DNA of 64,000 nt, from the NCBI RefSeq assembly GCF_001194135.2, contig NC_069003.1, positions 1,183,737 to 1,247,736 of the forward strand, written 5' to 3'. The stretch is from Octopus bimaculoides. Taxonomy: Eukaryota. The translations under genes were made by a program, and so were the position numbers. Positions within the stretch are counted from its first letter, which is position 1, and every line of letters begins with the position of its first letter. The notes below the pieces were generated by a model. The model was given only the letters and a program-made list of their open reading frames with translations. It was not told the DNA's origin and searched no databases. Below, piece after piece: positions 52,011 through 63,632 of the stretch.

Positions 52011-53935
52011 GTTTGGGGGACCCTGTTAAAGTCTTTCTCCTAATCAACAAAAGCCAAGTACAGAGGTTTGTCTTTGGTTAGATATTTCTCTTGAAGTTGC
52101 CTTACCAGAAATATAGCATCAGTGGTCTTCTACCTGGCACAAAACCAAACTGCATTTCATCTAATTAGACTCTCTCCCTAATTAGTTGGGCTATGACCCT
52201 CTGCGTAACCTTCATCACCTGATCCAGCAGTTTGATACCCCTGTAGTTATTTCTGTCTAAAGCATCACCTTTACCTTTCCCCTTGTTGCAGTTGACTATG
52301 GTGCTGCTACACCAGTCATTGGGTATGACTCCTTCATGAACTACATGGTTTACAATACGGGTGACTAGGCCATGACCCACACCATGAAATATTTTAAGCA
52401 TCTCAGCAGTGATTCCTGATGGGCTTGGGGCTTTTCCTGACTTCATATCCTTAATTGCTTTATCTACTTGGGTGCTATCTATTTGGGTAGCTAGTCTCTC
52501 TACTGGGTCAACATTTGACAGGCTCTCCTCCTCCCATTCATTCTCCATATTCAGCAGCCTTTCAAAATGGCTTCTACAAGCCTCTTTCTTTTTAGAATCA
52601 TTAAAAGCAAGTGCATCATCATCTCCTGTGACATCATAATTTTCTCTCACACAGTCTTGCAATCCAAAATACTTCAGTTCATTGATCCTCACATCGCTGA
52701 ACATTGGCACACTTCTTTTCTGATATTCTCTTGGCTATGTATACCCATCGCCCAGCCTCCCTTCTGGCTATCTGGTACAGTTCACTGCTACCCCCACTCT
52801 TGCAGGTATTCCAGGCCTGTTTCTTTGCTCAAATGGCCTTGTCTACCGTATTATTCCACCACCACGTTACTGTAGGTCTGAAAGGGACTTTGCACCTGCT
52901 GCAGATTTGGTCTGTGATACTCAGTAAGCTGTCCTGTAGGAATTTCCAGTTATCCTCTATGTCTGAAGTCTATAGATCCTCCTCCCTCTCATCAAATTTC
53001 TCAGTGAGGAGGTCCCTAAATCTCTGACCATGTGAAGGGTTCTTAGCTTCCAAATCCTTCTTTTCTGGATTGGTCTGCTTCTTGGCATCCTTCTAGCCTC
53101 GAGTCTAAAGTCACTAATGACTAGTCTATGCTGGTGGGGTACATTCTTCACCAGGGAGGGTCTTTGTATTTAAGAGCAATCTTGCATCCCGCTGTCTGGT
53201 GAGGATGAAATCAAAACTTTGAGCAGAGTCACCTGATTGATAGGTTATCAGGTGGCTGTCTGGTTTCCTGAAGTTAGTGTTGCAGATTAATAGGTTGCTT
53301 GCATCACAGAACTCCAGTAGCCTAGTTCCCTCTTTATTTCGGGAACCAATTCTATGGACCCCATGAACACCATGGAAGATACCAGATTGCCGTCCAACAT
53401 GCCCATTAAAATCTCCAGCCACAAAGATGAGGTCACTTGCGGGGTGTAGGCAGAGATAATTGTAGCTATACTATTCTGCAGGACTAGCCTGAGCTTAAGA
53501 ACTCTATCGCATACCCTGACTAACTCTATGACCTTATCCACTCATTTCTTCGCAAGGAGTATGCCTACACCACCTACCCCATTACTGTTACCTTCCCAGA
53601 AAATTTTATACCTATGTGCCTTGACCGTGAGGAGCCTGGCTGAGGCTCCACTCCATCTTACCTCTTGTATGTAGCATACATCAACAAATTTCTGTTCAAG
53701 CATCTGTACAGTCTCACTAGACCTACCTTTCAATGTGCCCTCATTGACAGTAGGGAATGGAATGTGGGAGCAGGCATAGGGAGGGAAGATGTTATTCAGT
53801 GCCTGAAAAGAAGATTTTCGTGTTCGTTTAATAGACATGCTACACCTGTTCTCACTTTTGAGCTGTCATCATTCAAACAGTGAAGCGTGTTAAGACTGTG
53901 GCCCCTACTGGGGGTAGGGGTAGGTGTTAGCGGCA
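52011..53935 (-). mobile_element. RTE-clade LINE segment D: 5' half (5' UTR, APE endonuclease, RT N-terminal half) of the element continued by segment B
   Basis: TVNEGTLKGRS..IQEVRW..GVGILL..ISAYTP..AGDFNGHVG..NKEGTRLLEFC..DFIL..QHRLVISDF are APE motifs. KSGKAPSPSG..DWCSSTIV..KGDALDRNNYRGIKLL..QFGFVPG..FDRVP are RT motifs. The 5' boundary is approximate. Confidence 0.92.
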
Positions 53936-54298
53936 CTGTAAGTATAAGCATTATCGACATTGTAAAAATGTAAATTTAAGCATTCCTTGAGTTGCAGAAA
54001 TAAGTAAGTAAACCAATAAAGATAAAAGAGAAGAAGAGAGAGGAGAAGAACATGAATATCAATATGCCAATGTTAGATCAAGTAGGGGGGCAGCTAAACT
54101 AGTTGCATTTGTCACAGGAGAGAGAAGGAGAGGAAATTGCAGGTATGATAGAGGATACCACCAATGAGGGAAGGGGTTTCCGGTGAGAGAAGAGAAGAAC
54201 GAGAAAGCCCATAAGAATGAGCACGCATACACCCACACACACACACAAGACAAGCACGCACACAGACAAGAGCAAGCACGCAAGCACACATACGCGCG

Positions 54299-54344
<46 letters not shown>

Positions 54345-55111
54345 GAACAAGCACGCATGTATAACCCATTAGGTTTCCATTTCCCCTCGATACGTCCATG
54401 GAAATTACCGAGTGGTTCGTTGACAAATTTCGAATCAAGACGAAAGATATCCCGTTATGTAGGTGGGCAGCTAAACTAGTTGCGTTTGTTCCGGCACAGN
54501 NNNNNNNNNNNNNNNNNNNNNNNNNNNNNNNNNNNNNNNNNNNNNNNNNNNNNNNNNNNNNNNNNNNNNNNNNNNNNNNNNNNNNNNNNNNNNNNNNNNN
54601 NNNNNNNNNNNNNNNNNNNNNNNNNNNNNNNNNNNNNNNNNNNNNNNNNNNNNNNNNNNNNNNNNNNNNNNNNNNNNNNNNNNNNNNNNNNNNNNNNNNN
54701 NNNNNNNNNNNNNNNNNNNNNNNNNNNNNNNNNNNNNNNNNNNNNNNNNNNNNNNNNNNNNNNNNNNNNNNNNNNNNNNNNNNNNNNNNNNNNNNNNNNN
54801 NNNNNNNNNNNNNNNNNNNNNNNNNNNNNNNNNNNNNNNNNNNNNNNNNNNNNNNNNNNNNNNNNNNNNNNNNNNNNNNNNNNNNNNNNNNNNNNNNNNN
54901 NNNNNNNNNNNNNNNNNNNNNNNNNNNNNNNNNNNNNNNNNNNNNNNNNNNNNNNNNNNNNNNNNNNNNNNNNNNNNNNNNNNNNNNNNNNNNNNNNNNN
55001 NNNNNNNNNNNNNNNNNNNNNNNNNNNNNNNNNNNNNNNNNNNNNNNNNNNNNNNNNNNNNNNNNNNNNNNNNNNNNNNNNNNNNNNNNNNNNNNNNNNN
55101 NNNNNNNNNNN

Positions 55112-55556
55112 GTATCGGGGGAGAGAGATATCCAGTATTGGGAGAGAGAGATATCCAGTATTGGGGGAGAGAGAGATCCAATATTGGGAGAGAGAGAGAT
55201 CCAGTATTGGGGGAGAGAGATATCTAGTATCGGGGGAGAGAGATATCCAGTATTGGGAGAGAGAGATATCCAGTATTGGGGGAGAGAGATATCCAGTATC
55301 GGGGGAGAGAGATATCCAGTATTGGGAGAGAGAGAGATCCAGTATTGGGGGAGAGAGATACCCGGTATTGGAAGAGAGAGATATCCGGTATGAGGAGAGA
55401 GAGATATCTGGTGTTTGGAGAGAGAGATATCCAGTATTGGGGGAGAGAGACATCCGGTATTAGGAGAGAGAGACATCCAGTATTGGAGGAGAGAGATATC
55501 CGGTGTTGGAAGAGAGAGATAGCCAGTATTGGGGGAGAGAGATATCTGGTATCGGG
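55112..55556. repeat. Minisatellite, 22-24-bp unit GGG(AG)nATATCCAGTATTG, about 19-20 visible units, probably continuing into the upstream gap
   Basis: Directly visible tandem array abutting gap 54500-55111. Confidence 0.95.
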
Positions 55557-55684
55557 GTGGTGGTGGGAATAGGCAGACACACCCCAAATAAGCAAAGGTT
55601 AATTTAGATAGATGGTACAAAAAATATGTAGCCAAGAAGAGATTCCACTTAGAATGTTACAAGAAGAATTAAGGAGGAACGAAG

Positions 55685-55687
<3 letters not shown>

Positions 55688-55777
<90 letters not shown>
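55688..55777. repeat. (GA)n microsatellite
   Basis: Directly visible. Confidence 0.95.
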
Positions 55778-55781
<4 letters not shown>

Positions 55782-56120
55782 GGAAGTTATATACTGAAGG
55801 GTCAATTCAATAATTTAGCTTACAAATGTAGATATTAGTAAATAAATAATACATAAATAAATAAATAAATGTAAATAATAATACATATTAAAAGTGTTAA
55901 TGGCGAATAGATAAATGAAAATATGGAAAGATAAGAGAATATCTTAACTTAGCAATGCATAACTGTGCGTCCGAGAATTATTTAAGCTGAGTTTGTGTGC
56001 AAAATAGGGAGAAATTATGTGGGTGAAGTATTTTATAGATATACTACAACCGGAAGTGGACATTATGGAGGATGCTATCTTCCTTCCTGGGCCGGAGACA
56101 ATGGCAATGACATGTATCCA

Positions 56121-56271
<151 letters not shown>

Positions 56272-56759
56272 ATCCAAATTGAGGTAGTGGAGCAGGCAAA
56301 ATCCAAGTTACATATGTTTCCTAGCTAGCAGATCCTCTGATGTAATAATTACTCAACGTGGAGTACTCAGCTAACGACTCACTGGGCTAAAGATACCGTA
56401 ATTATACGAAGGTTCCATTGTCATTAAAAAATCCCAAGTTAACTCGCCAAAGATATAATTTGAAATGAAGTAAAAAAAAAAAAACCAATTAAGAAATATA
56501 AAAAACAAATGTTTGAAGAAATAAGAATGTCAGCAAGTACGAAAAGTGAAGAAAGAGGTCACATATTTGGGAGTGTGGAATATTTCAAGAGCGTGAATTC
56601 ACCATATGGTAATAAACAATGGCATTGGTTAATTAATCGATCAAGCAATGAATTAGTTAAGAATGCAAGCAACAATGAGTAATGAATATATGTGTGTATG
56701 TGAGTGTTTGTATGCATCTATCTATCTATCTATATATATATATATATACATACTATGTT

Positions 56760-57162
56760 GTTTTTTACTGGATTCAGTCAATGGGTGGCAGCCTTGGAGG
56801 GGCACTGATTTAGAGAAGTGACTCCACTACTAAATTTTTGTAAGTTTGGTACTATCCCCAATAGTCTCATTTACAGATCCTAGGTTATGGGAACGTAAAC
56901 ACACAAAGACGAAAGATATCCCATTATGTGGTGGTGAAACACTGTCATACACACACGCACACACACACGCACACACACACACACACACACATATAAACAA
57001 CAGGCTTTTTTTTTCAATTTCTATTTATCAAATCCACTCACAAGGCTTTGGTTGGCCTGAAGCTTTAGCAGAATTCACTTGCCCAAGTTGCAATGCAGTG
57101 GGACTGAATCCAGAACCATGTGGTTGCGGAGCAAACTTCTTACCGCATAGCCACACCTGTGT
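56760..57162 (-). mobile_element. SINE family A, full-length diverged copy with an internal (CA)n tract
   Basis: 57010-57162 is the reverse complement of the head and CORE-like half. 56760-56935 matches the reverse complement of the 3' tail (TTCAGTCA..TGGAG..CAC; GGGAACGTAAACACAC). Confidence 0.75.
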
Positions 57163-57591
57163 CGATATATATATGCATGTATGTATATATGTATGTATGC
57201 GCCATTGAATTGACTCCAGTTTATGTTGTGTATTTATAAGCATGAGTAAATGAAATCAAACCATTCATCATGCCATTTGAACATAGACAAAGCACAATAC
57301 TCAGAAATAAACATTATAACCAACTAAAATTTAACCCAACACATCGCAATTTATTATCAACAGTATTACACAAAGAATTACTTGATGCTCTCTTCTTTTG
57401 TTGTTAGTTTTATAAAGTGTTCTAATTTTCTAATAAACAAATAGCTGTGTAGTACATACATTTCAGTTATGTTGGGGAGGAATAAAAAAGCGCCATCTTC
57501 ATATTTTCGGATTTGGTTGGCTCTCAATTTTCTGAAAGACAATAATACCAAACATTTTCAGGTTAAAACGCATAAAATCAAATGAAGGTTT

Positions 57592-57774
57592 GAAGAAGAA
57601 GAAGAAGAAGAAGAAGAAGAAGAAGAAGAAGAAGAAGAAGAAGAAGAAGAAGAAGAAGAAGAAGAAGAAGAAGAAGAAGAAGAAGAAGAAGCAGGAGGAG
57701 GAGGAGAAGAAAAAGCAGGAGGAGAAGAAGAAGAAGAAGAAGAAGAAGAAGAAGAAGAAGAAGAAGAAGAAGAA
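57592..57774. repeat. Long (GAA)n tract: 33 pure units (57592-57690), a GAG/GCA interruption, then about 17 units
   Basis: Directly visible. Confidence 0.97.
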
Positions 57775-58095
57775 ATATGAGGATCAATATAAAATCAATA
57801 TAAAATAAAATAAAAACGAAAGAAGAGAAGAAAGCGAAGAATGGGTCGTGTAACAAAATGGAAAGAAAGATATGAAGAAGAAGAGCAGGTGGATGAAGAG
57901 AAGGAGAATCAAAGAAATTTATGAAAAAGGCAAGAAAATGAAGAAAAAGAATATGAATAATGAAGTCCTTATTCAAATAATAGTGATAATCATGGTTGGC
58001 AATCATTGCTGACCTAGATCTATGTCACAATAAAAGATAGACAGAATTATACACACACGCTGATATATTCACAAACACTCATACATACACACAAG

Positions 58096-58284
58096 TGTTA
58101 TGGGGATAATAATAATAATAATAATGGAAGACCCCTCCCACATGACGAATAGTTTGTGTTAGTCACTACAAATATGGTGACGTTGAGCAGTCGTCAGTCA
58201 AGTAGTCGGTCATAGATAGTCGTGTCTTACTTGTCTAACTAACTAAACTGCTATACTGGAATGGACGTTATTAAAGTCCAATAG
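58096..58284 (+). mobile_element. Putative 5' LTR of a Ty3/gypsy element (start uncertain, 58096 or about 58155)
   Basis: Begins TGTTATG, has ATTAAA near its end, and is followed directly by a PBS and gag. No second LTR is in the window. Confidence 0.5.
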
Positions 58285-58296
58285 TGGTGACGAGGA
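58285..58296 (+). promoter_or_regulatory. Primer-binding site TGGTGACGAGGA, complementary to the 3' end of tRNA-Ser(GCU) with one change
   Basis: Animal tRNA-Ser(GCU) ends ..TCCTCGTCGCCA, whose complement is TGGCGACGAGGA. The site lies between the putative LTR and gag. Confidence 0.7.
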
Positions 58297-58389
58297 ATTA
58301 ACAAATAACGATTAAACAAACTCACAAGGAATTACGAAACTCACAAAAGTTTTTTGTGCGAATATTATGGTGCACAAAATCTTAGAATT

Positions 58390-59041
58390 ATGGAAAAAAT
58401 GTTGGCCGGTTTGATTGAGTAGCAAAATCAGCAACAACAACAACTAAAGGAAGAACAACAATTACTATTACAGCAACAAACGCTGTAATTAATGAATGAT
58501 GAGTCATCCAAAAATTCTGAAAAGAGGTTCTCACCAGATTATGTTGGAAACTCAGTAACGGAATTTAAGTATGAACCAGGCGAAGGAATTATCTTTGAGG
58601 CATACTATAGAAGATATGAACAGATCTTCAATAAAAAGTGCAAAGATTCGGACAACGATATGAAAATGCACCTAATTCTAAGAAAATTGGTAGCAGGCGA
58701 ACATGAGCATCACAGCAATTACATACTCGCAAAAATATCTTCTGACATAAACTTTAAAAATACAATAGACGTATTGTGTTAAATTTTTAGTGACAAAAGG
58801 TTGTTGTTCAATACACACTGGAAACATTTGAATCTAGAAAAGAACAAAGAGGAGGACTACATCACATATGCTGGTAGAGTTAACAGAGAATGTAAAAAGT
58901 TCAAACTGGATGAATTAACACGAGATATGTTCAGGTGCCAGATATTTACTCAAGGACTAACTGAAAAAATGACGCAGAAGTAAGAACAAGAATTCTCGCT
59001 AAGCTGGAACTAAACCAAGCTGTAACCTTGTAAAAGGAGTC
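58390..59041 (+). mobile_element. Ty3/gypsy gag pseudogene (nematode K02A2.6-like gag family), truncated at the tRNA gene
   Basis: MEKMLAGLIE*QNQQQQ..NSVTEFKYEPGEGIIFEAYYRRYEQIF..KMHLILRKL..EHEHHSNYIL..LFNTHWKHLNL..EEDYITYAGRVNRECKKFKLDELTRDMFRCQIFTQGL..IRTRILAKLE. Contains stops and frameshifts. Confidence 0.85.
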
Positions 59042-59113
59042 AGAAAAGTGGCGCATTGGAAGCGTGCTGGGCCCATAACCCAGAGGTCCGTAGATCGAAA
59101 CTACGCTCTGCTA
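59042..59113 (+). tRNA. tRNA-iMet(CAT): Initiator tRNA-Met (CAT) gene or pseudogene; two acceptor-stem mismatches
   Basis: AGAAAAGTGGCGCATTGGAAGCGTGCTGGGCCCATAACCCAGAGGTCCGTAGATCGAAACTACGCTCTGCTA. Initiator hallmarks: A1:U72, CTGGG/CCCAG anticodon stem, CAT anticodon, ATCG T-loop, perfect T-stem CGTAG/CTACG. No encoded CCA; TTTT terminator at 59124-59127. The 5' strand reads AGAAAAG instead of the canonical AGCAGAG. Confidence 0.9.
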
Positions 59114-59130
59114 AGCATATTTCTTTTATA

Positions 59131-59311
59131 GGTGCAGGAGTGGCTGTGTGATAAGTAGCTTGCTTACCAACCACATGGTTCCGGGTTCAGTCCCACTGCG
59201 TGGCACCTTGGGCAAGTGTCATCTACTATAGCCGTGGGCCGACCAAAGCCTTGTGAGTGGACTTGGTAGACGGAAGCTGAAAGAAGCCCGTCGTATATAT
59301 GTATGCATATA

Positions 59312-59345
<34 letters not shown>

Positions 59346-59532
59346 CATGCGTATATGTTCGCTTGACAACCGATGCTGGTGTGTTTACGTCCCCGTGACT
59401 TAGCGGTTCGGCAAAAGAAACCGATAGAATGAGTACTAGGCTTACAAAGAATAAGTCCTGGGGTCGATTTGCTCGACTAAAAGCGGTGCTCCAGCATAGC
59501 CACAGTCACATGACTGAAACAAGTAAAGAGAG
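59131..59532 (+). mobile_element. SINE family A, full-length and best-preserved copy, with an internal (TA)/(TATG) microsatellite
   Basis: Head GGTGCAGGAGTGGCTGTGTGATAAGTAGC..GGTTCAGTCCC (A/B-box-like); CORE-like GGCACCTTGGGCAAGTG; microsatellite at 59294-59357; tail ending GACTGAAACAAGTAAAGAG. Confidence 0.92.
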
Positions 59533-61468
59533 AACATTGAGACACACTTGGCTACAATTTCTAGCGGTTTTAGCGATCACTTGGAGGTACTCGGTCTGCT
59601 TTTACGGTTTGTTTTGGCAGCAACCTAACGTCTTATTGAATTATTGAGAATCGTAATCTCTCGGTTGTCTCTCATTGTTCTTGTTGCTGTTGTATTCCTT
59701 CTCTTTTTCTGTGTTATGCTTCCTATAATGCTGCCCCCCCCCACACTCCTCGAATTAGATTAAAATTTTGTATTTACAATGTATTACATTACTATATAGC
59801 TTTGTGCTGTTATTGTTTAACAACAGTTCAGTTCTGAACAAACAGATTTATGATCAACGTATTCCGGCCGTGACCATCCTTCCATTTAACAGACATAGCA
59901 CACACGCATTCACATTATACGTCTGTTTTTTTTTTGTTATTTTAAAACACAAAGCTGTTATGCAAGAATTGCTGCGATATCTAAAAGATCTAGTGACACC
60001 CATAGCGGCTATTTAGTACTTCATTTTAATGAATGTTGGCGGTAGTTGACGTTATTATCGATTGTGTTGCTTTGTTGTGAAGGTCAACGATGCAGGCTCT
60101 CGTCATATCATTTCTGTCGTTCATCATGTTAGCACTTCAGCGGGTGTTGTTGCTTTTTGTTGTGGTTCTTGGTGGTGGTACAATGACTTTCGGAATCACC
60201 GAGAGTTATAACCGGTGATAGCAAAATACTTGTTATTCTCTCTGCTGTTGTTACTGTCGTAGTTGTGTCGTGGGTGGTAAGGTCATTTTTGGCGTTGCTG
60301 TTGTTGTGGTCGATGTTATTTATGTTTCGTTTTTCTTTTTTTGCTGGTGTTTTGTTATTGGAGTCGTTAGTGTTTCTATTGTTGTTTTTATTAATACAGT
60401 TATTCGTGTTGTTCTTGTTCAGGTATTGATGTCGTTAGTGTTATAGATGTTGCTACTTATGTTTCAGTTGTTGCTGGTGTTGATAACATTTCTTAAAGCT
60501 ATTGTTTAGCTGCTGTTGTTATTGTTGTTGTTATTGGTGATTTTGCTCTTGAGGTGGCTACACTTAATACATAATATATATATACTTTTAGATATATATT
60601 TTATTATTGATATGCATGTGTGTGTGTGTGTGTTCTTTATTGCTAATATCACTATTATTGCAGTTATTTTCAATATATTTTCAATATAAAAAAAAAAAAA
60701 TCGTTGCCGTTTTTTCTTTTTTTTTTTTTCAATGTACCTTCTTTCTAACGTTATTTTATCTTTTAGAATCTTTTTTGCTTGTTGCTTACAGTTCTTGTTA
60801 TAATGGAAATTATTAAAGGCTTTTAATGTTTATCTTGATGTTGTAGTTCTTGTTATTCATGTTAATTTCGTCTGTAGCGTCGATCTCGTTTGGTAATTGT
60901 TTTTTAAAAAATGTAATTGATTATTCATATTTAAACTTTGCTTTTATAGTTGTTGCCGCTTCTGTTGTTATTTCTTTTATTTTATTTCGCTGTTTTTTTT
61001 TGTTGTAAGCTTACTTTAAAGTTGTATATTTTACATACACTTAACATGAGAGTATAGTTAGCACCAACATGCTCAGGTGCATACATACGCTATCATACAC
61101 ACACATACATACGCACAGAAACACACAAGCACAGATACACCCACACACACACACATATCATAACTTAATTTGCATAAAATGTGTTTGACTGTATATATGT
61201 ATATGTGTGTCTGTGTATATGTACATGTGTGTGTTTCTGTGTATGTGTGTACATATGCATGAGTGTATGCATAATAATTGAATATTAATTTACACATATG
61301 TAAATGTTGATGAAGTACAGCTGTACGTCTTCGTATATTAGTGTAATATATACACGCATTCACACAAACACACACATATATATCTACATGTACTTACAGA
61401 CTCCCACATATGTATGCATCTATATATATATTCAGAGATATATCGGCATACGAACTTGTATAATGTAT

Positions 61469-61523
<55 letters not shown>

Positions 61524-61977
61524 AAATTCATATGCCGGAATATGTATAAAATATCGGATTTTATTGTTAAATGCGTGAGTTGTTATTATTGCAGACATTT
61601 TTCACTGATGTAATAAACTCAAGATATGGACGATGCATATGCATACACATATCTTCTAGCATGATTATATGAGACCTAATGTAAGCGTGTGTTAGGAGTA
61701 AATGTGAACACACTCTCGGCAATATATTTATTACTTCCTACATATGTACAGAAGCAAGCTACAAACAGGCATATATATATATATACACACACACACGCCG
61801 CTACACGCAATTATTTTTCTGATTGCGTAGGTTTATGTGTGATTGTGGGTTAGAAGTTAAATATATATATGCAAAAATATGTAATTACATGTTCTTTATA
61901 ATTAGACGATGCATGCAGATATAAACATATATACATGTATGCATATATACATACATATATATATATGTGTATACATG

Positions 61978-62029
<52 letters not shown>

Positions 62030-62150
62030 CGTACATACATAAATATATACATGTAGCTACTGGTATTATTATTGTTATTTTATAATAATAATTTTATCCT
62101 TATATATATATATACATATGTATGCATGTATATGTTATATATGCATATAC

Positions 62151-62226
<76 letters not shown>

Positions 62227-62691
62227 GTACAAATATGCATATATATTTATGTATACATATAAATATATAAAAGTGAAAACAAATATAATTATGTGTATAA
62301 TATATATTTATACACATACACACACTCATGTATATTCGTATAGATATTCATGTATAAATACATTTCTTCACGCATATCTATATGCAAATACACATACACA
62401 CACCTATACAAACACACACACATACACATCTATCTCATATATACAACATTTGAGTCTGTGTTAGTAGTGCAGCATTTTGTTCACTAATCTAATAAAATGT
62501 GATTCTTGTTTGCCTTATTAAAGAAAATTGTTCGCAACTGACTAATAAACTGGAAATTTATGTTTTGGAGCAGAACGGAAATCATTGCATTAAAACAGTA
62601 ATGGAATTTACATACATATACAGGCATATGTGTACTATATGTGTGTGTGTATATATACTTTTTTTTTCTACGTGTTTATATGTATGTTTGC

Positions 62692-62759
<68 letters not shown>

Positions 62760-63332
62760 GTGTGTGAATGTATTTATGTTGTATTGTTTTCTGTTTATCG
62801 ATATGTATGTCTACTTATATCTCTAGTTCATTCTTTTAAGCTTTTTTATCCGTTTCAGCCATTTAAACCATTCAAAGTTGAGCTGTACAATTTTCGTCGG
62901 CTCCTGCAATTATAATACGCCAATCGGCTGAATGTGTGTCAAACTTTCCTTGCGTTTCGTTGTTTCTTGTCTTATTTTTTCTCCTTTATAAATGATGCAT
63001 GTTACATACTGGGATATCGACAAAATCATTTCACCCAAACCAGTAATCACAGTGCAGTCGTTATTCGTATTCGCTGCTAGTTATTATACGTCGCAGTCGA
63101 CATGAATATGTCTTGCATTCCTCTCGCTTCTGACTGAAACTACTGCCTGATACAAAAGTATTAGCCAAAAGTAGAAAGAAACATTGTGAAATAACAAGTG
63201 ATAAACTACCAGGTTTTAATATTCCGTTATGTTATCTATCAACGTTTAGATTTATCAGGCATGTTAAGAAACAAAGACCTTCTCCATTTGAAATGCGACA
63301 TATTCAAATGAACAATATTCTACCTGGAATGG

Positions 63333-63545
63333 AAGGCGGTGAGCTCGCAGAAACTTTAGCACGCTGGGCGAAATGCTTCGCGGTATTTCGTTTGCCGTTA
63401 TGTTCTGAGTTCAAATTCCGCCGAGGTCGACTTTGCCTTTCATCCTTTCGGGTTCGATAAATTATGTACCTGTCACGTACTTGTGTCATTGTAATCAACT
63501 TAATCCCTTCGTCTGTCCTTGTTTGTCCTCTCTATGTTTAGCCCC
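63333..63545 (+). mobile_element. SINE family B, full copy with an alternative 3' tail
   Basis: AAGGCGGTGAGCTCGCAGAAAC..GAGTTCAAATTCCGCCGAGGTCGACTTTGCCTTTCATCCTTTCGGG. The 3' end ..CCCTTCGTCTGTCCTTGTTTGTCCTCTCTATGTTTAGCCCC differs from the 8987 and 34183 copies. Confidence 0.9.
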
Positions 63546-63632
63546 CTTATCTATAAAACCTTCAATTTTACCTTACAAATTTTACCTTACGATTTTACCT
63601 TATCTATAAAACCTTCAATTTTACCTTACAAA
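63545..63632. repeat. Nested local duplication: 35-bp direct repeat with internal ATTTTACCTTAC sub-repeats
   Basis: CCTTATCTATAAAACCTTCAATTTTACCTTACAAA at 63545 and 63598. Confidence 0.9.

Noticed and set aside
54112-55635. 300-500-aa ORFs with repeated LSPNTGYLSPPILDISL / GERDIQYWGREISS peptides
   Set aside because: They are translations of the 22-24-bp minisatellite plus an N gap. Unit lengths vary and shift frame, so there is no coding constraint.
57590-57808. Poly-Lys or poly-Glu ORF
   Set aside because: It is the (GAA)n microsatellite.
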